Shown here: in pieces, positions 13,895-27,700 of the stretch | Numbering within the stretch: the stretch's first letter is position 1 | Layout of the letters: each line of letters opens with the position of its first letter | Source of the DNA: Phoronis australis | Taxonomy: Eukaryota; Animalia; Phoronida | Assembly: GCA_002633005.1 (NCBI GenBank) | Contig: NMRA01000155.1 | Location: 241,844 to 305,843 of the forward strand | Reading direction: 5' to 3' | DNA length: 64,000 nt | The notes under the pieces: model-generated | Seen by the model: only the letters and a program-made list of their open reading frames with translations | Told to the model about the DNA's origin: nothing | Database searches by the model: none | Made by a program: the position numbers and the translations under genes

Positions 13895-14666
13895 NNNNNN
13901 NNNNNNNNNNNNNNNNNNNNNNNNNNNNNNNNNNNNNNNNNNNNNNNNNNNNNNNNNNNNNNNNNNNNNNNNNNNNNNNNNNNNNNNNNNNNNNNNNNNN
14001 NNNNNNNNNNNNNNNNNNNNNNNNNNNNNNNNNNNNNNNNNNNNNNNNNNNNNNNNNNNNNNNNNNNNNNNNNNNNNNNNNNNNNNNNNNNNNNNNNNNN
14101 NNNNNNNNNNNNNNNNNNNNNNNNNNNNNNNNNNNNNNNNNNNNNNNNNNNNNNNNNNNNNNNNNNNNNNNNNNNNNNNNNNNNNNNNNNNNNNNNNNNN
14201 NNNNNNNNNNNNNNNNNNNNNNNNNNNNNNNNNNNNNNNNNNNNNNNNNNNNNNNNNNNNNNNNNNNNNNNNNNNNNNNNNNNNNNNNNNNNNNNNNNNN
14301 NNNNNNNNNNNNNNNNNNNNNNNNNNNNNNNNNNNNNNNNNNNNNNNNNNNNNNNNNNNNNNNNNNNNNNNNNNNNNNNNNNNNNNNNNNNNNNNNNNNN
14401 NNNNNNNNNNNNNNNNNNNNNNNNNNNNNNNNNNNNNNNNNNNNNNNNNNNNNNNNNNNNNNNNNNNNNNNNNNNNNNNNNNNNNNNNNNNNNNNNNNNN
14501 NNNNNNNNNNNNNNNNNNNNNNNNNNNNNNNNNNNNNNNNNNNNNNNNNNNNNNNNNNNNNNNNNNNNNNNNNNNNNNNNNNNNNNNNNNNNNNNNNNNN
14601 NNNNNNNNNNNNNNNNNNNNNNNNNNNNNNNNNNNNNNNNNNNNNNNNNNNNNNNNNNNNNNNNNN
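13895..14666. other. Assembly gap (N run)
   Basis: 772 Ns. Confidence 0.99.
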
Positions 14667-16600
14667 AGGACAGAGCCTTGGGGAACTCCGGTAGATATTG
14701 GTAACCAACTGGAAGTTGTATCACTTAGTGAAACATATTGGGAGCGGTTTGAGAGATAACTTTTAAACAGTGTATATTCAACTCCAGTAATACCATAGTG
14801 ATTTATCTTTTGCAAGAGTATTTGGTGGTCTATTGTGTCGAAAGCTTTCGAGAGATCTAGAAAGATAACCATGGGATTCATGTCATTATCAAGATGGGAA
14901 CAAATGCGGTCTAAAAGTTCAAGCGAAGCAAGTAGAGTGACATTTCCTGAAACCATATTGATGTTTATTAAGTATATCATTTTCATTTAGGAAAGTAGAA
15001 AGTTGATTATGGATAATTTTTTTCTATAAGTTTTGAGATTGTTGGAAGAATAGAAATGGATCTATAATTTCCCGGATGCTCTGGGTCCAAACCATGTTGT
15101 TTAAAAACTGGAATCACCTAAGCAATCTTTAGAGCATCTGGAAATGTACCAGTGTGCAAGCACTGGTTGATGATGGTCGTGAGAGGTTCAATTATAAAAG
15201 GACTGCTTACTTTTAATAGTTTTAGATGATAAATTGTCATGACCAGTGCTACTTTTTGCGTCCATGTCTCTTATAATATCTAGTGCATGTTTATTATTAA
15301 CTGGTTTGAAAGAGAACTTAAATTTGTTTGGCGTGGGAAGATAGCCTTTGAAATTCTTGTTTTTTATCATAGTTCTTGATTCAGAAAGGGATGGGCCGAT
15401 TTGGGTAAAGTAGGTGTTGAATAAACTTGCCATTTCGGGTAGGTCACTGGTTTTAGTGTTATCTGAACGTAAGAGACATTCTGGAGTGTCATTTTTTGTT
15501 TGAACGCCGTTGTTCATAACTGTCTTTATTGTATCTCATGTTTTATTTTTCGAATGTGTCATAATAGTAAGATTGCTTGGCGGAATCAATAGTTTTTTTG
15601 AGAATCTTGTTGTATACTTTAAGATTGTTAAGGCATGTAGCGTAGGATTGTGTTGCGAGGGGTTGTCTTGGTTTGTTTGTACAGTTTATCTCGGTAGCGA
15701 ATGGAAATTAAAATACCAGGTGTAATCCACGAGTTAAGCGCGTGTTTGTGTTTATTATATCTAACATTTTTTGGACCAAAGTGTTTTTTCATGAGATATG
15801 TCAAAGTATCACTGAGTATTGCGTAGTTGTGATTGGGGTCACAATCTAGACTGCGGTCTAGCTTTTCCATGATATTTCAGTTCCGTAAGCTATTGAGAAA
15901 GTGAGTTTTTGTTTGCGGTGTGTAAGAATATTTTGAGACGAAAGTTGGGCGTTTAGGGTGGATTTTCGTTATCGATTTTGAAGCAATGAAGATAGGACAG
16001 TGGTCTGAAATCGAAGAGAAGAATACCAGAGTGTGTATGTATGTGACCGTATGATGTTGATGTAAAGAAGTTATCTATTAAAGTTGCTGATGTGGGGCTA
16101 AGACGTGTAGGGTATGTAATTGAAGGTCTTAAATTGTGATTTGTCATAAAATCGAGGAATGTTTGAACTTTATTATTTGTTTGTGTCTCTAGAAGATTTA
16201 AGTTATAATCTCCACCTAAAATCAGTGTTTTACGCTGATTTTGAATGTTTTCGATGATGGGACAGAACTCTTCAATAAACACGTCAAAGGTTCTAACGAG
16301 TGAAGTCGGCGGTCTGTAAAAGATGCTTTTGTTGTTAATAGAGATAAAAGTGAGTAGACTTTCGAACGTAAAATAAGTATCAAGAACTTGAATTTTTTGA
16401 CATGAAGATTATCATTTACGTAAGTGATAAGGCCACCGTATGTTGAACATAAGCCAGATGCAGGTTTGGAGTACATGTTATAACAGTTAATTTGAAAAAC
16501 TGAAAGGCAGCTGGTCGTGATTAACCATGATTCTTGTATTAAGATAATGCCGAAAAATAATTCTTTAGAGTGAATGTTGTGAAATGTTGAAAGCAAATGA
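14667..16600 (-). mobile_element. Degenerate non-LTR retrotransposon (LINE, CR1/L2-like), APE endonuclease + reverse transcriptase ORF2 with frameshifts
   Basis: Minus-strand ORF fragments carry APE motifs (IILIQESWL, GGLITYV, GGDYNLN, TYPTR..SATLIDNFF, ISDHCPI), linker motifs (WITPGILISIRYRDKLYK, FNTYFTQIG) and RT motifs (IFLDLSKAFDTIDHQILLQK, GVPQGS). The 3' part is lost in the gap. Confidence 0.93.
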
Positions 16601-16917
16601 CAGCCACCGTTTCGCATCAAAAGTAGGTCACGGCTAAAATCTTGGCTTTTCTCATTCAAAGACACAAATAAATCAGTTTCCTGGCATTTGTTTCCAACAA
16701 ATTCCTCGAACAACCAGCCAAGCCTGACATACGCCCTGTACACAAATTCTAGGGACTACAAAATGCCTCGTGCCATGTTTGTTACAGGGTCCACTAATTG
16801 GATTGTTGACTATTCCAGATTTTAACCGTGCAAGAGTACGTCAGGGGTATCTTCAAGAAAAGGGATTCTGCTTGGTTCAAAATTAAGCTGACGAAACTTG
16901 TTTTATTCACTAGCTCC

Positions 16918-17075
16918 CCCTTTTGATGCGCCCACATATTTATATGTGCCGGTGTTTTTGCCGGCATCTCTGTCCGGTGTCCGGCGTCCGGTGTCCGACG
17001 TCCGCAGCTGTGATTCCTAAACCCCTTACAGGATCTTGATGAGATTTAACAGATGCGTTCCTATAAAGCAGACGA
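16918..17075 (+). mobile_element. 5' fragment of a Helentron-associated non-autonomous element (HINE/DINE-1-like)
   Basis: ttttgatgcgcccacatatttatatgtg 5' hairpin, a GTCCGG-type microsatellite, then aaacccctt..aggatctt.atgaga. Similar to 51001-51140 and 29233-29360. Confidence 0.55.
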
Positions 17076-17562
17076 CGGATGGCGGCGACTCGTAAACGAA
17101 CCTGTCTCGCCTTCTGGTGACTGCCAAAGCGTAATATCTCTTGTACCCGGGTAACTTGAAGATAATTATTAAATATTTTTGAAATTACGTTTACGGATGC
17201 GTTTTTAAGACTTTGAACATAGATATTAAACTACGATAGGCCAATTTCGTTTTTATAAGAGGCGTCGAAAGACTATTTTTATTGCTATAAGAGATTTTTT
17301 ATCGATTTCTCAATCTACCTGCCAGTGCTCGAAATTTTTTGTATCCGTTTCGTGCCAAATAATTCGATTGTTGATTAGTATGACAAATCAATACACACGA
17401 TTGTGCTTTTGTTGAAGTACTCATGTGCTTTAGCAATTCAGTAAGTACACATCGTGAGTTGACTTGAAGTGGCCATGGTTAATTGTTTAAAAGCTCGCGC
17501 AACATTATACTGTCGCTTTTACAGGCAAAAAGGCGTTGTGCTGTGAACAAAATTCATTCCGT

Positions 17563-18375
17563 ATGCGCCTCACGCCAAGAGCAATGCTTGTATTTTGTTT
17601 TTTTGTCATCGCGATATTTATGTGTTCGTGCCAAGGCAACGTTATAAAGGTAGAACATTTCAAGAAACTTCACGGTTCCGATAACTTAGGAAATGCTCAG
17701 GTGTTCAGCACTTATTCAGTTATCACGTTATCAGAATGTGCGCTACGCTGTATATCTGAAGAATGTAAGTCGTTCAATTATAATAGCTACGAAAAGATTT
17801 GCGAGCTATGCTCGTCCGTAGTCAATTCGACGTCACAGTTGTCTCTGCGCACCGACTTTAGTCATTGGCGAGTTGCTGCGAACAATGAAGGGTTGCCCGA
17901 AGAATCAGATACGACCAACCTACTGTTGATTTCGAACAACCTCCCATCGTGCTACACAACTAGCGCAACAACATCCGTTGTTGATGACACTTTTCAGTCA
18001 ACACCTATCATTTCTACGACGACAATCGATACTGTTTCCATCACCAATGAACCAAAGACAAGAATCGCTGCGTCTGCGACTGTTGAGCCCGTCACAACAG
18101 CCAATGATTCGACCGACATTAAACCGACAACTGCTTCTGAGACAACGCCTATTGAGCCTGCACTAACCACCGCTGAATCGTCTACTACTCAGTCGACAAC
18201 CTTTTCTGATTCTGCTTCTACAGATCATCCGACACCAATTACTACTGAGTCGACAGCTTCTTCTTATGATTCATCAACAACCTTCTCTCAAACTACGTCT
18301 ACTGAGACGATAACAAGCATCACAGAGACTCCACTTTCAGAACCTGGCCCAGATTTCCTCGAAAATCTCAACTGA
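17563..18375 (+). CDS. Secreted PAN/apple-domain protein with Thr/Ser-rich mucin-like tail (copy 1, apparently intact)
   Basis: ATG at 17563 or 17584, then a hydrophobic signal peptide (MLVFCFFVIAIFMCSCQG). PAN-type Cys pattern TLSECALRCISEECKSFNYNSYEKICELC, then ~140 aa rich in T/S/E/P with no TM segment. A conserved acceptor-like gtcgcttttacag lies just upstream in all four copies. Confidence 0.8.
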   Translation: MRLTPRAMLVFCFFVIAIFMCSCQGNVIKVEHFKKLHGSDNLGNAQVFSTYSVITLSECALRCISEECKSFNYNSYEKICELCSSVVNSTSQLSLRTDFSHWRVAANNEGLPEESDTTNLLLISNNLPSCYTTSATTSVVDDTFQSTPIISTTTIDTVSITNEPKTRIAASATVEPVTTANDSTDIKPTTASETTPIEPALTTAESSTTQSTTFSDSASTDHPTPITTESTASSYDSSTTFSQTTSTETITSITETPLSEPGPDFLENLN

Positions 18376-18951
18376 CTCTCGTGAGATGAGGTTTAATTGG
18401 GAGAGATTCATGGGACGTGCCACTTGGATTGGTAACTTTTTCACGGCCAGATGCGTTACGAAACGATGTTTTTTCGGCTCAAATCCTCTACGAAATTGTT
18501 TACGTTTGGATTGTAAGAGATTTGTCTTCTTTTGTATTTTTCAAATTGTATTTGAAGGAATGAAATCCAAAGAGATGACACTATATTTCAACTCATTAGA
18601 TTAACCCTCTGTTAAAGGTCTATGTTGGGAAATGCTATAGAAGACTAACTTTTTCATTGAAGTTCTAAACAAATGGGCATGTAACAGTACTTACATGTAG
18701 ATCTACCAAAGGCAAGAGTTTCATCTTGCAGACTATCTATAAGGGTGGAGAGGTCTCTCCTAATTTCTTAGTGGCACTTTTCGTCTAAGATGTAATAGTG
18801 TTCCGTATGTGGTGGAAACATTATTGGTTGTTCTAAAGTCATTTTAAGGTGGTTGGTGAACAATCCCGATTATCTGGATGAAAGTAAGGAGTGTTAAGTG
18901 GTGGTTGTGTGCAGCAAGCACTGTTTGTGGCACCATGGGAGCAAAGTGCCC

Positions 18952-21900
18952 GGGACAATAGATCGAGTGCTTTCTGATCACAAAATTGCACAGACATTTT
19001 TACAGTATGCTCACATAGACCCCCTCCCTTCCTCCATCCCTCCCTTCTCAAAATGTGCTGCAAACGTGTGAGAGCTGACGGTGATTACAGAGCATTGGTT
19101 TGTTTCAGATTGCTGGATGGGAAAGCTTTGTTAACAACACCTAGTTTAGTATCCTTTTAAATTTTAATATTTCTTTGTCTGTAGTTCTGTTTTGATTACT
19201 GTCAACAAATCATCGATATTGACAATGAATATGTTAGCAGTTTGCCCTCGCCGTAATCTTAAAGATATTTTTCAATTCATTTTGAGCTCAAACAATGCTC
19301 ATTCCACACAACTCCGAATATTTCCAAACTGAATTTGATATGAATTGTTTGATTTTTGATTTTTATGGTGGTGGAGCACAACCTCTTAAAGTGGCCGTGG
19401 CAGTGAGTGACAGCTGACTCATGCATTAAGGGTACTCACTCAACAGCCGCTATCTGTAATGAGGTTTCCGCGGAAGCCCCGCCCACTTTAAAAACGACAA
19501 ATTACTAGGAAGATAAGGCAAAAACAGGGCAGAAAGATATGGAATATTTAAAGTGATATCTTTCGACTGACAAAGTTCTTTCTGTGTTCTAAATTGTTGT
19601 ATGTAAAGGAAAGATTATATTTAACACGCCTTAGCAACTGGTGCATTTTGAATCATCCAGTTAGGGGTGTATAAATAATCTGCAAAAATACTACAGTTTT
19701 TCACTGTGCTACACCGGCGAATAAAAATGGTCAAATTCAGCGTTAACAAAAATGAGAAAGAATCGGTTTATTTAAAGCTAAAGTAACCCCAATGCGTTCT
19801 ACTTCGACAAACCACGACTCGAACTTTTTGAGGATCAAACAATTAATTCAAATCATTCAACACACGAGCTGATCCACTAAGACTTTTGATGGTTTGTAGG
19901 CCAGAAATCGTCACCGAAAACCAATCAGATTGGTTATCCGGTTGACCTGAAGAAGTCAATCAAGTCAGCCATTGTGTGAAACGGGATGTCTCAAGGTAAC
20001 AGTCATATTCGGTGATCAATGCACTTTTATATCTTGTCCTCGTCGTCCGTACGACCTCGTGACGAGTTTTTGCGGCGACGTCACAACGTTAGCTTTTGTA
20101 TGTCCGGTGCTCTCTTAGATGTAGCGTTTTTTTTGTTTTAACAACCTAATCACAAAGACTTTGACGGTGTGATAACAATTCTACATCAGACAAATAAGTT
20201 CCCTTTACTTTACAATATTTCGTGCATTTCTCTAAAATGAATGAAGTGGTTGATCAGGAAGTGAAATGTAACACAGTTGAATCGTCACATGTGATGCGCA
20301 CTCAGTCGACTACAGTGCATCGTTCCTTCTAAAGGGTCATGAAACGCAAAAACTCATCAAAATATCTTTCGAATACTTCCAGTCAAAACTATCTCTTCTT
20401 GAGGTATACAATACAATAGTTATCTCGATAGCTAAAGGAATTTCTAGACACAATCATCAAGCTAACCAGTTTTAATAAAATCTTCATTCCGAACCCACTT
20501 TCAAACGTCCGTGCCGCTAATGCGCATGAACTCACACCAACATTCCTTCTGTCAAAGTCACCATATTTCTACTTTCTTTGGGCACATTTCCAAATACGGA
20601 GAACGTGAATTGCGTGTTGGGACACAGCCAACAAAATGACGAAAGCTTGAGTGGTCCTTTCTTTAATTTAGAACAATAACCAAATACTTTTAAACTGCCT
20701 AAAGATTCCTAATTTTTAAAAAGAATTCTAAAGAAGAGCAGCTTAATGCATTGCTATCCAACTGTTGTCGTGGCAAGACTTTGAAGGATATGCAATTAAA
20801 CAGATAAAATTACGGTCCAACCCTTTTCAATGTCGTGAGGAAAATTGGCACATAATCCTTGGCCCAATAGGCCAGGCCTGAAAAAAGCACAACACTGCTG
20901 CCATTCTTAAGTATTTACCCACAATCCCAACACACGTGCCAAAACACATGTGTAGAACGCCATGGGTCTTAGTGTATGTGTACGTATGCATTCAGTCGTT
21001 CAGACTGAAGTGATAGTGGACTCGACTTCGAAGCAGTACACACGTCTGTTTCGTAGTCGTCTTTACTGCGGATGCCTAAAACTCGGTAAAATAACCCCTC
21101 TGCCACAGCGCCACCTTTAGACGAGAGTCACTCTCGGTGTAAATGTGAAAAAATAGTGCCCGACAGGCAGAAAACCGAGATTGACCACCAGTTACGCCCG
21201 TCGCATGGTTATTGCAACTAAAACAGTGCACTACGACCTCTATACGACGTCATTAGGCATGGATTTCTACCAGATTGCAAGAAATATGATAATGATACGT
21301 TGGCAGTTTTCCATGGAATGTGAGTGACCCCCGTTTTGTTGCGACGCTTCAGTGCAGCTGGTGTAACATTTTATGTCCACCTTATGTCAAAGCACGAATG
21401 TCTTAGGGTACAATACCTCCTAGTTGTGTGTTACGGAAACCTTTGAACACATTAATGTGCACAGATTGGGATGGCATATAAGACGAATATGGCGTTATCA
21501 ATCTTCATGGGATTGAGAATAGGTATTACAACTCGGCAATTGTTACATGTAATTATGAACGTTCTGTTAGAGATTGGCGAGGCTTAGAGAGCTTTGGAGT
21601 GGAAGAGAAATACCAGAAGAGACAAGGAATGGCTTTGGCAGGATCGGGCCATGAAGCTAATGTGACGCTTTATTGGTTTAGATCATGAACCTACATGTAT
21701 GTAAATGTGTACGTCCGTGTTTAGACAGAGTTTTGGAGGAATAGTCATCAGAGAAGGGCGTGACATTCGACTGGGTGCCATATAAATTGGAAATTGCTTC
21801 GATTTTATCTGTGGCTTGATGGACCGTGTTCATACAAGTAATAAATAGTGCATTGAAGAATTGGAAAGGGACTGCCATTGAAAAGACAGCATCGTGTGCC

Positions 21901-23860
21901 TCGAAGACAGCAGTCGACTAGTGGTCGGCATAGTTTGTCGTTTCCCGCGCGTATGCTTGCAGCAAAACGGTGGACACTTAGAGCAAATTCTAAACAGGTT
22001 AGGCATCAAAACGGTAATGAATCAACAACATTTTTGTCATTTGGTAGAAATGTCATCCACTCATAGTCGTTTTGATTTATGAAGTCCGCCAGACGTTTCT
22101 TTAGTAATAGTAACGTAAGAGGCAGAAATGTGTGTAATATTTGATTTTCCGTGTATTTGACACCTTTGATATTGAGCGTATGAAAATATACCAAGTTGCT
22201 TAAAATGCATCAATTTAGTCTGTTTCATTGTTACAGCAGCCGCAAGATAAAAGGCATTTCTCAATTACTGGAATAGTATTCAGAATTATTTCGGGAAGTC
22301 AGAATATCCGAATGTTACTTCGTTGTGTTAAATTGTTACCAAACCTTCTTTACCATAAAGAACAAATTTCTTGAATAATGTTTTAAGTGTTAATAGTATA
22401 CCCTTGACGTCATTTTTGCTAAACACCTATATTATAATCAAACATCATAATCCTGTGACAGCGTTTTGCAGTAAAAATCTTGTTTTTACGGACGGCATTG
22501 TCACTTACTGAAACATGACTTTTGCTTGAAACTTGAAGGCTTTGATTCCTTATTTTATTAGCTACAAAAGCACGTCAAAACATAGACATAACGAGAGTCT
22601 TGATTTTTGACAGGCAAACCTCCTTGCGAAAAGGTCTTAACAGAAAATCTCACACGCTTTTGTAGCTTACAGAATAAAGAAACGATATTTTTAAGTTTCG
22701 TGCCAACAAGTAGTTTTGTGGATGCAGTTAAGCATATCTGCCTATTGTTTTCGACTTTGTGTGAACAGTAGATTTTGTATATACCAAGAGTTTTAAAATC
22801 CTTGGTAACGCGTAACGGAGGACCTTGATCAATAAGAAGACTGATTAGAGGTCCTTCACTGCCCTACCCCCATGTTATCTGCCAAGAAAGTGACCACATA
22901 TTCCTTCTAATTTGTTTGTATTTTTCAGTCTCTCTAATCTTTACATTGTCATCGTTTTTCAAACTTTCAAAATGATCTTTATGATTTTTAATTCTAGCCA
23001 GTGCTCACTGACACTTGATGTTTATTGGGCTCACTACGAGAATGTTAGTTCATGTTTACAGGGAAGTTATTTTTACTGCTCAATAGCTTTTGAAAATGTG
23101 CCGCAAGTTTTTGTCGATGTGCAATGAATGTCGTTTTTTTGGAGAAACAACGTGTTCTGCCATCAACTGCGCGGGTTTAAGGGCGTAATGTTTCTTCGAC
23201 GAGTACATTACACGCGTTCAGTTCCGTTGGAATGAATGAATCGCACGCGTGCTGTTACATATGTAAGAGCACGGTTCCATGCCACTTCTGTCATGGAAAA
23301 CCCAGATGAGCAGTAATTTCTGGGCTTGTGAAAAACTGACAGATTTTTGCTTGAGACCAAACGCAACAAACTGTATCTCGCATTGGCCTTGCGTCCGAAA
23401 TTGGGATACGCTTCGATCAACAAGGCTGGTATGACGGCCAGGAATACTCTGCCATTTTTACGAGGTGTGAGAAATTAGCAAGGTTACCAGGCCTTTCAAA
23501 ATGTAAGCAGAGGACGAAATGGTGTCCATTAGGGAGCCTCTGTAAAAATGAGCTTGGAGTGGTCACGGTAACTAGGCCATACAGTGGCTTAGAAATTTAC
23601 AGTAGTAAATAAACGTTACCGTTCACACACAACAGGTCTAACACACAAAGCCAAGGTCAGGCCAGTGACAGTAGTTCTTTGTTAAACCTGCTCTTACTCA
23701 TACAGCTGTGGCAGTTGAATAGTATAGGTATAATAGCCACAGTTTAACAAAGCGTTTATGGTCCTGGCTTAGAAGATTTTGTTTTATTAGCCCCAAGCCT
23801 AGCAAGCTGCATTCTGAGCTGCAGTATTTTTAAGACAACAACCCTTCATTAAAATAAAAT
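18952..23860. other. ~4.9 kb block present only in array unit 1 between the PAN gene and the esterase gene (probably nested repeat insertions)
   Basis: At ~41110 and ~45640 ...aagtgccc is directly followed by attctttt-agaaattcg...tactcc. In unit 1 these two halves lie at ~18950 and ~23862. Boundaries are approximate. Confidence 0.65.
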
Positions 23861-24799
23861 CATTCTTTCAGAGATTCGTTGCAAAATATACTCCCTTTGT
23901 AGCTCTACTCACCCAGAAATTGGACGTTTTTGTGGGAATTTAAAACGGTAAAGGTACCTTTCGTCGAGGATGACCGTCAAATACCCATCCACTTCATGCA
24001 GTGTATATACCACTTTCCTGAGGAACGTACGTTGTCTTTATGCAGTCATAGGTATTAGATGTTGTTTATTTTAGCACTTCCTAGAAGTTAATTAATGAGT
24101 GTTTTGATTGATTTAACATTTTGGTGTGCATATTCATGTATGTAAATAATGCATTAATTTGGATTACGCTTATTTTTGATTCTCTCTTTTTGATCGCATT
24201 GATATATCTGTTCATTCTTTCACTGCCAGAGCGCTTTAAGTAGAATGTTTGGTGTAGACTGTGATGACTCGAGCGAATTTTTGTTATCCCTTAAATATAC
24301 AATAGGTATATAAATCAATTTTTGTTTTCTTCAAACAACCTCAAAACGCGCATCAAGATTTTCAAAATCATTTGGTTTCAATAAAGAAATCCGAAAACGT
24401 GCTTGCCTGAAAATCAGTACTATGCAACAAGTAAATAAACAAGCTTCCAGTTCTCGACTTGGCTCGAGTAGTCAATTATTGTGCTAACTACATTGTAGCT
24501 CAGTTCGAGGCTGTCCGTCAGCGGTGACCCTCAATGACTTACACAACCAGAGACTATTGTACGGTCAGCTATTATACCCGCTGCAACTGGGACTAAAAAG
24601 GCGTTGGTCTTGAAAGGATTAAACAGTTGTGATATGTAGTGTTATACCGGTATACGTAAGTAAACAGAATGATAGAAGCCATTTCGCAATTGTTTGTACT
24701 GGATCTTTAAAAGATAAGTGACCTGGGTGCCACGACGCACATACTTTCGAGTCGAGAAAGCATTAGTGTGTACTAGCCGCATAACGACTTCCATTTAGG

Positions 24800-27700
24800 A
24801 TGAGAATTCTAATACATTCCGTGGCTTGTGCAGTCTTGTTTGTCGGAGTGTTAGGCGTAGATTCGGTAGTAAACGTGAAGGGTGGAAAATTGAAAGGTGA
24901 CTGGTCTCAAACGGACGGAGTAAGTCGATTTTTTGGGGTACCTTATGCTTTACCACCAGTAGGGGAGCGCAGGTTTGCCCCTCCCCAAATGATGCAAAGT
25001 TGGGACGTAGAGATGGATTGCACATCATACAAACCCTCATGCCCTCAGCCATTGGAGATGTTCAATGATTCGAGATCGGGTTATTTAAGAACATACAACG
25101 TTTCATTTGACTTACCGAAGATTAATGAAGATTGCTTATACTTAAACATTTTTGTTCCGGGTGAGGTTCAAGGTAACAAATCTTTGCCAGTTATGGTTCA
25201 TTTCCAAGACGGTGGTTTTCAAGTCGCGCTTTCTGACGTATTTGATGGTTCCAGCCTTGCACGGGAAGGTGACGTCATAGTTATAACTTTCAATTCCCGA
25301 CTTGGTGCTCTTGGTTTCTATGGAGGGCACAACTTGGGACTTTGGGACCAGATCAACGTTTTGAAGTGGATACATCACAACATCGACGCGTTCGGTGGTG
25401 ATGCAAACAGAGTGACTTTGTTTGGAGTTGGATCAGGAGCATACGCCGTTGGTCTCCATGTTCTGTCCGCGGAGAGTAGAGGGTTGTTCAAAAGGGCAAT
25501 ATCTCAAGGTACATCTGCCTACGATATGACCTTATTGAACTCAAATCCAGCAGCTGCAAATGGTGCTTTCAACAAAGCAGTAATGTGTGAACACAAGGAA
25601 ATGGGTGAACAGATGAAATGTTTAAGGTCTCTGAAAGTTAAGGACATTCTTTCTGCGCAAGTAAATCTTGCATACCAGTACTTGAATTTCATGCCAGCTG
25701 TTGATGGCAAAATACTACAGGACACACCACCGAAGATATTGGAAACGATGAAATTCAATGACGTCGACTACATGTTAGGTGTCAACAGTAACGGGGGATC
25801 TGCTGGTGTTTTTGACTTCTTCGCCCGTCTGAACACGGGTGCTGACGAAGATTATTTCAAGGCGTTCATAGACGGTGCTGCTTATGTTGCATCTCCGGCA
25901 AATTTTGCCGCTGCAAAGGCAGCTTTGTCGTATGAATACATGCCAGTGATGAAAGAAAATATGAACAGCAAGCAGTGGTTTCAGAAAACATTGGATATTT
26001 CTAGAGATGGTTACTTGAGTCAGATCAGAGGAGCTCAGTTGGTACACGCCGGGGCTGGGTTACACGTTTATGCCTACTATTTTGACCAGTCTCCGCCGGT
26101 TTTAAGTGGCGTTCCGGTCGACGTGTTGGGTGTACCGGCAGGTGTGGAGGAGTTGTTTTTATTTGGAGGTGTGCGTCATGAATTCAGTAAACAACTGATG
26201 AAAACCTGGGCAAGTTTTGCTAAAACAGGGTGAGTACGGTGTACAAGCAGACATTGGTTAATGTAGCCTAAATTCATAGACGCACTTAATCATGAGAACT
26301 CTTGAATGGCTGCCACAATTCCGCTTTCGTCAATCTTCAGCATTGGACAGAAAACGGCCTTAAGTTTTCCTCATTTCTAATTTTCCATTTCTGAAGTCAA
26401 ATACGATAAGTTTTGCAAATTTTACATTTTCTGTTTACAACAAATTTGTCGAAGTTTTTATGGTGTCAGTTTCATTGAAAGTAACTTTGTCAGTAATTGT
26501 GACTTAAACTTACTAAATAAAGTTCTATGCTCTAATAGTTGATGCATTTCGTATTAAAATATTCGGTGAAAATTATTTTGAGTAAATAGTACGTAAAGAT
26601 ATATTTATAAAGATCATAAACTTTTGCCGCTGAGGTGAGATACTTGAGAAAAAGATGCTGAATTGTGAAACGTACACATGGTGTTCTTTGAATGATCTAC
26701 TGCTCTTAAAAATAAATATTAATGACAGTGTATAAACAGGCTGTGACTAATTAAAATGATGGTTTTCAGCAAGCCCCTTTTAGAACTTAGTGACGGCACT
26801 ACATTAGGCTGGCCACACTTTAACGCGACGAACCAGAAAATAGCACTGTTGCGAGCCGACGTTACAAAGACAAACGCTGTGATGGATTCTTTACCAGACG
26901 ATTTGGAACGAAAAATTTCTTTCTGGGTTGAATTTCTACCCCAAATAACAGCTCAAAACGACGAGTGCCGCAACGAGACATCTTCGACAATGGAGCACGA
27001 ACACCCTACGATTCATCTCAAGCAAGGTCACGTCCTTGGACGAAGTAGGATAGTTGCAGGTAATTTGGTAGATTTTCGCTTTTGGTTGCTCACCTGCTAA
27101 ACACCCTCGGGCGTTGGCTAAGTGAAGTACATTGTAACCCCCCGGAGGGTAAATTGTTTGTTATAGAACTTCACAGTTAGCTCCGCAGGCAGTCTTGTGT
27201 TCCTCCTGCAGCAGGTGCTTTTCTTATCACGAAAAGTACACATTTGTGTGAATAAGAATATATTTGACGGGTGCAGAAATAACACTTGAAGGTGTCTAAT
27301 ATTCTAAAAGTGTGTACACAGAAACTGGTTGCATAATCAAAACCAAATGAATCTGGCGGGCTCGCAACATACATAAGCTCACAAAGCACTGTGTGCATGA
27401 AACGGTGAAAAAAGTGATGAGACATCCTTGGTACAAGCCTGAGGGAAGATATTGAGAAACGAAACCAGTGCCTTCCGGATGCTTTAAATAAGTCTCGTCT
27501 ACGCTTGTGTTTAAGTGCATCAACATTTATCATAAAACAACATTGCCAAATTCGTTAATCGGTGGTCAAATTTGTTCACCGCACTCTGTGAACGTTGATT
27601 ACAAACACAGTTATGTTTGTTGACCTGTAAGCTCACAGGTTAGGCTAAGTCCTTGATAAATTGTTCTTAAGACTCTCACGCAGTAAACTCAAGGTGTTTA

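Noticed and set aside
13582-14759. Long 300-380 aa ORFs in the ORF track
   Set aside because: Artefacts of the N gap and the (GA)n tract. Only the LINE RT part at 14667-14986 on the minus strand is real.
21600-21700. KYQKRQGMALAGSGHEANV resembling a Penelope-type RT motif
   Set aside because: The similarity is weak and no downstream YxDD motif was found.
18375-24800. Splicing of the PAN gene onto the esterase gene (ag|gATG before the esterase start)
   Set aside because: PAN1 ends at its own stop and the esterase has its own signal peptide directly after the ATG. The AG more likely marks a 5'-UTR intron or is chance.
24800-26233. Calling the first exon a stand-alone neuroligin or acetylcholinesterase gene
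   Set aside because: The ORF ends at a GTGAGT donor and splices on. The full model has no TM segment or PDZ-binding tail, and I see no AChE-type choline-binding Trp motif, so no gene symbol is assigned.
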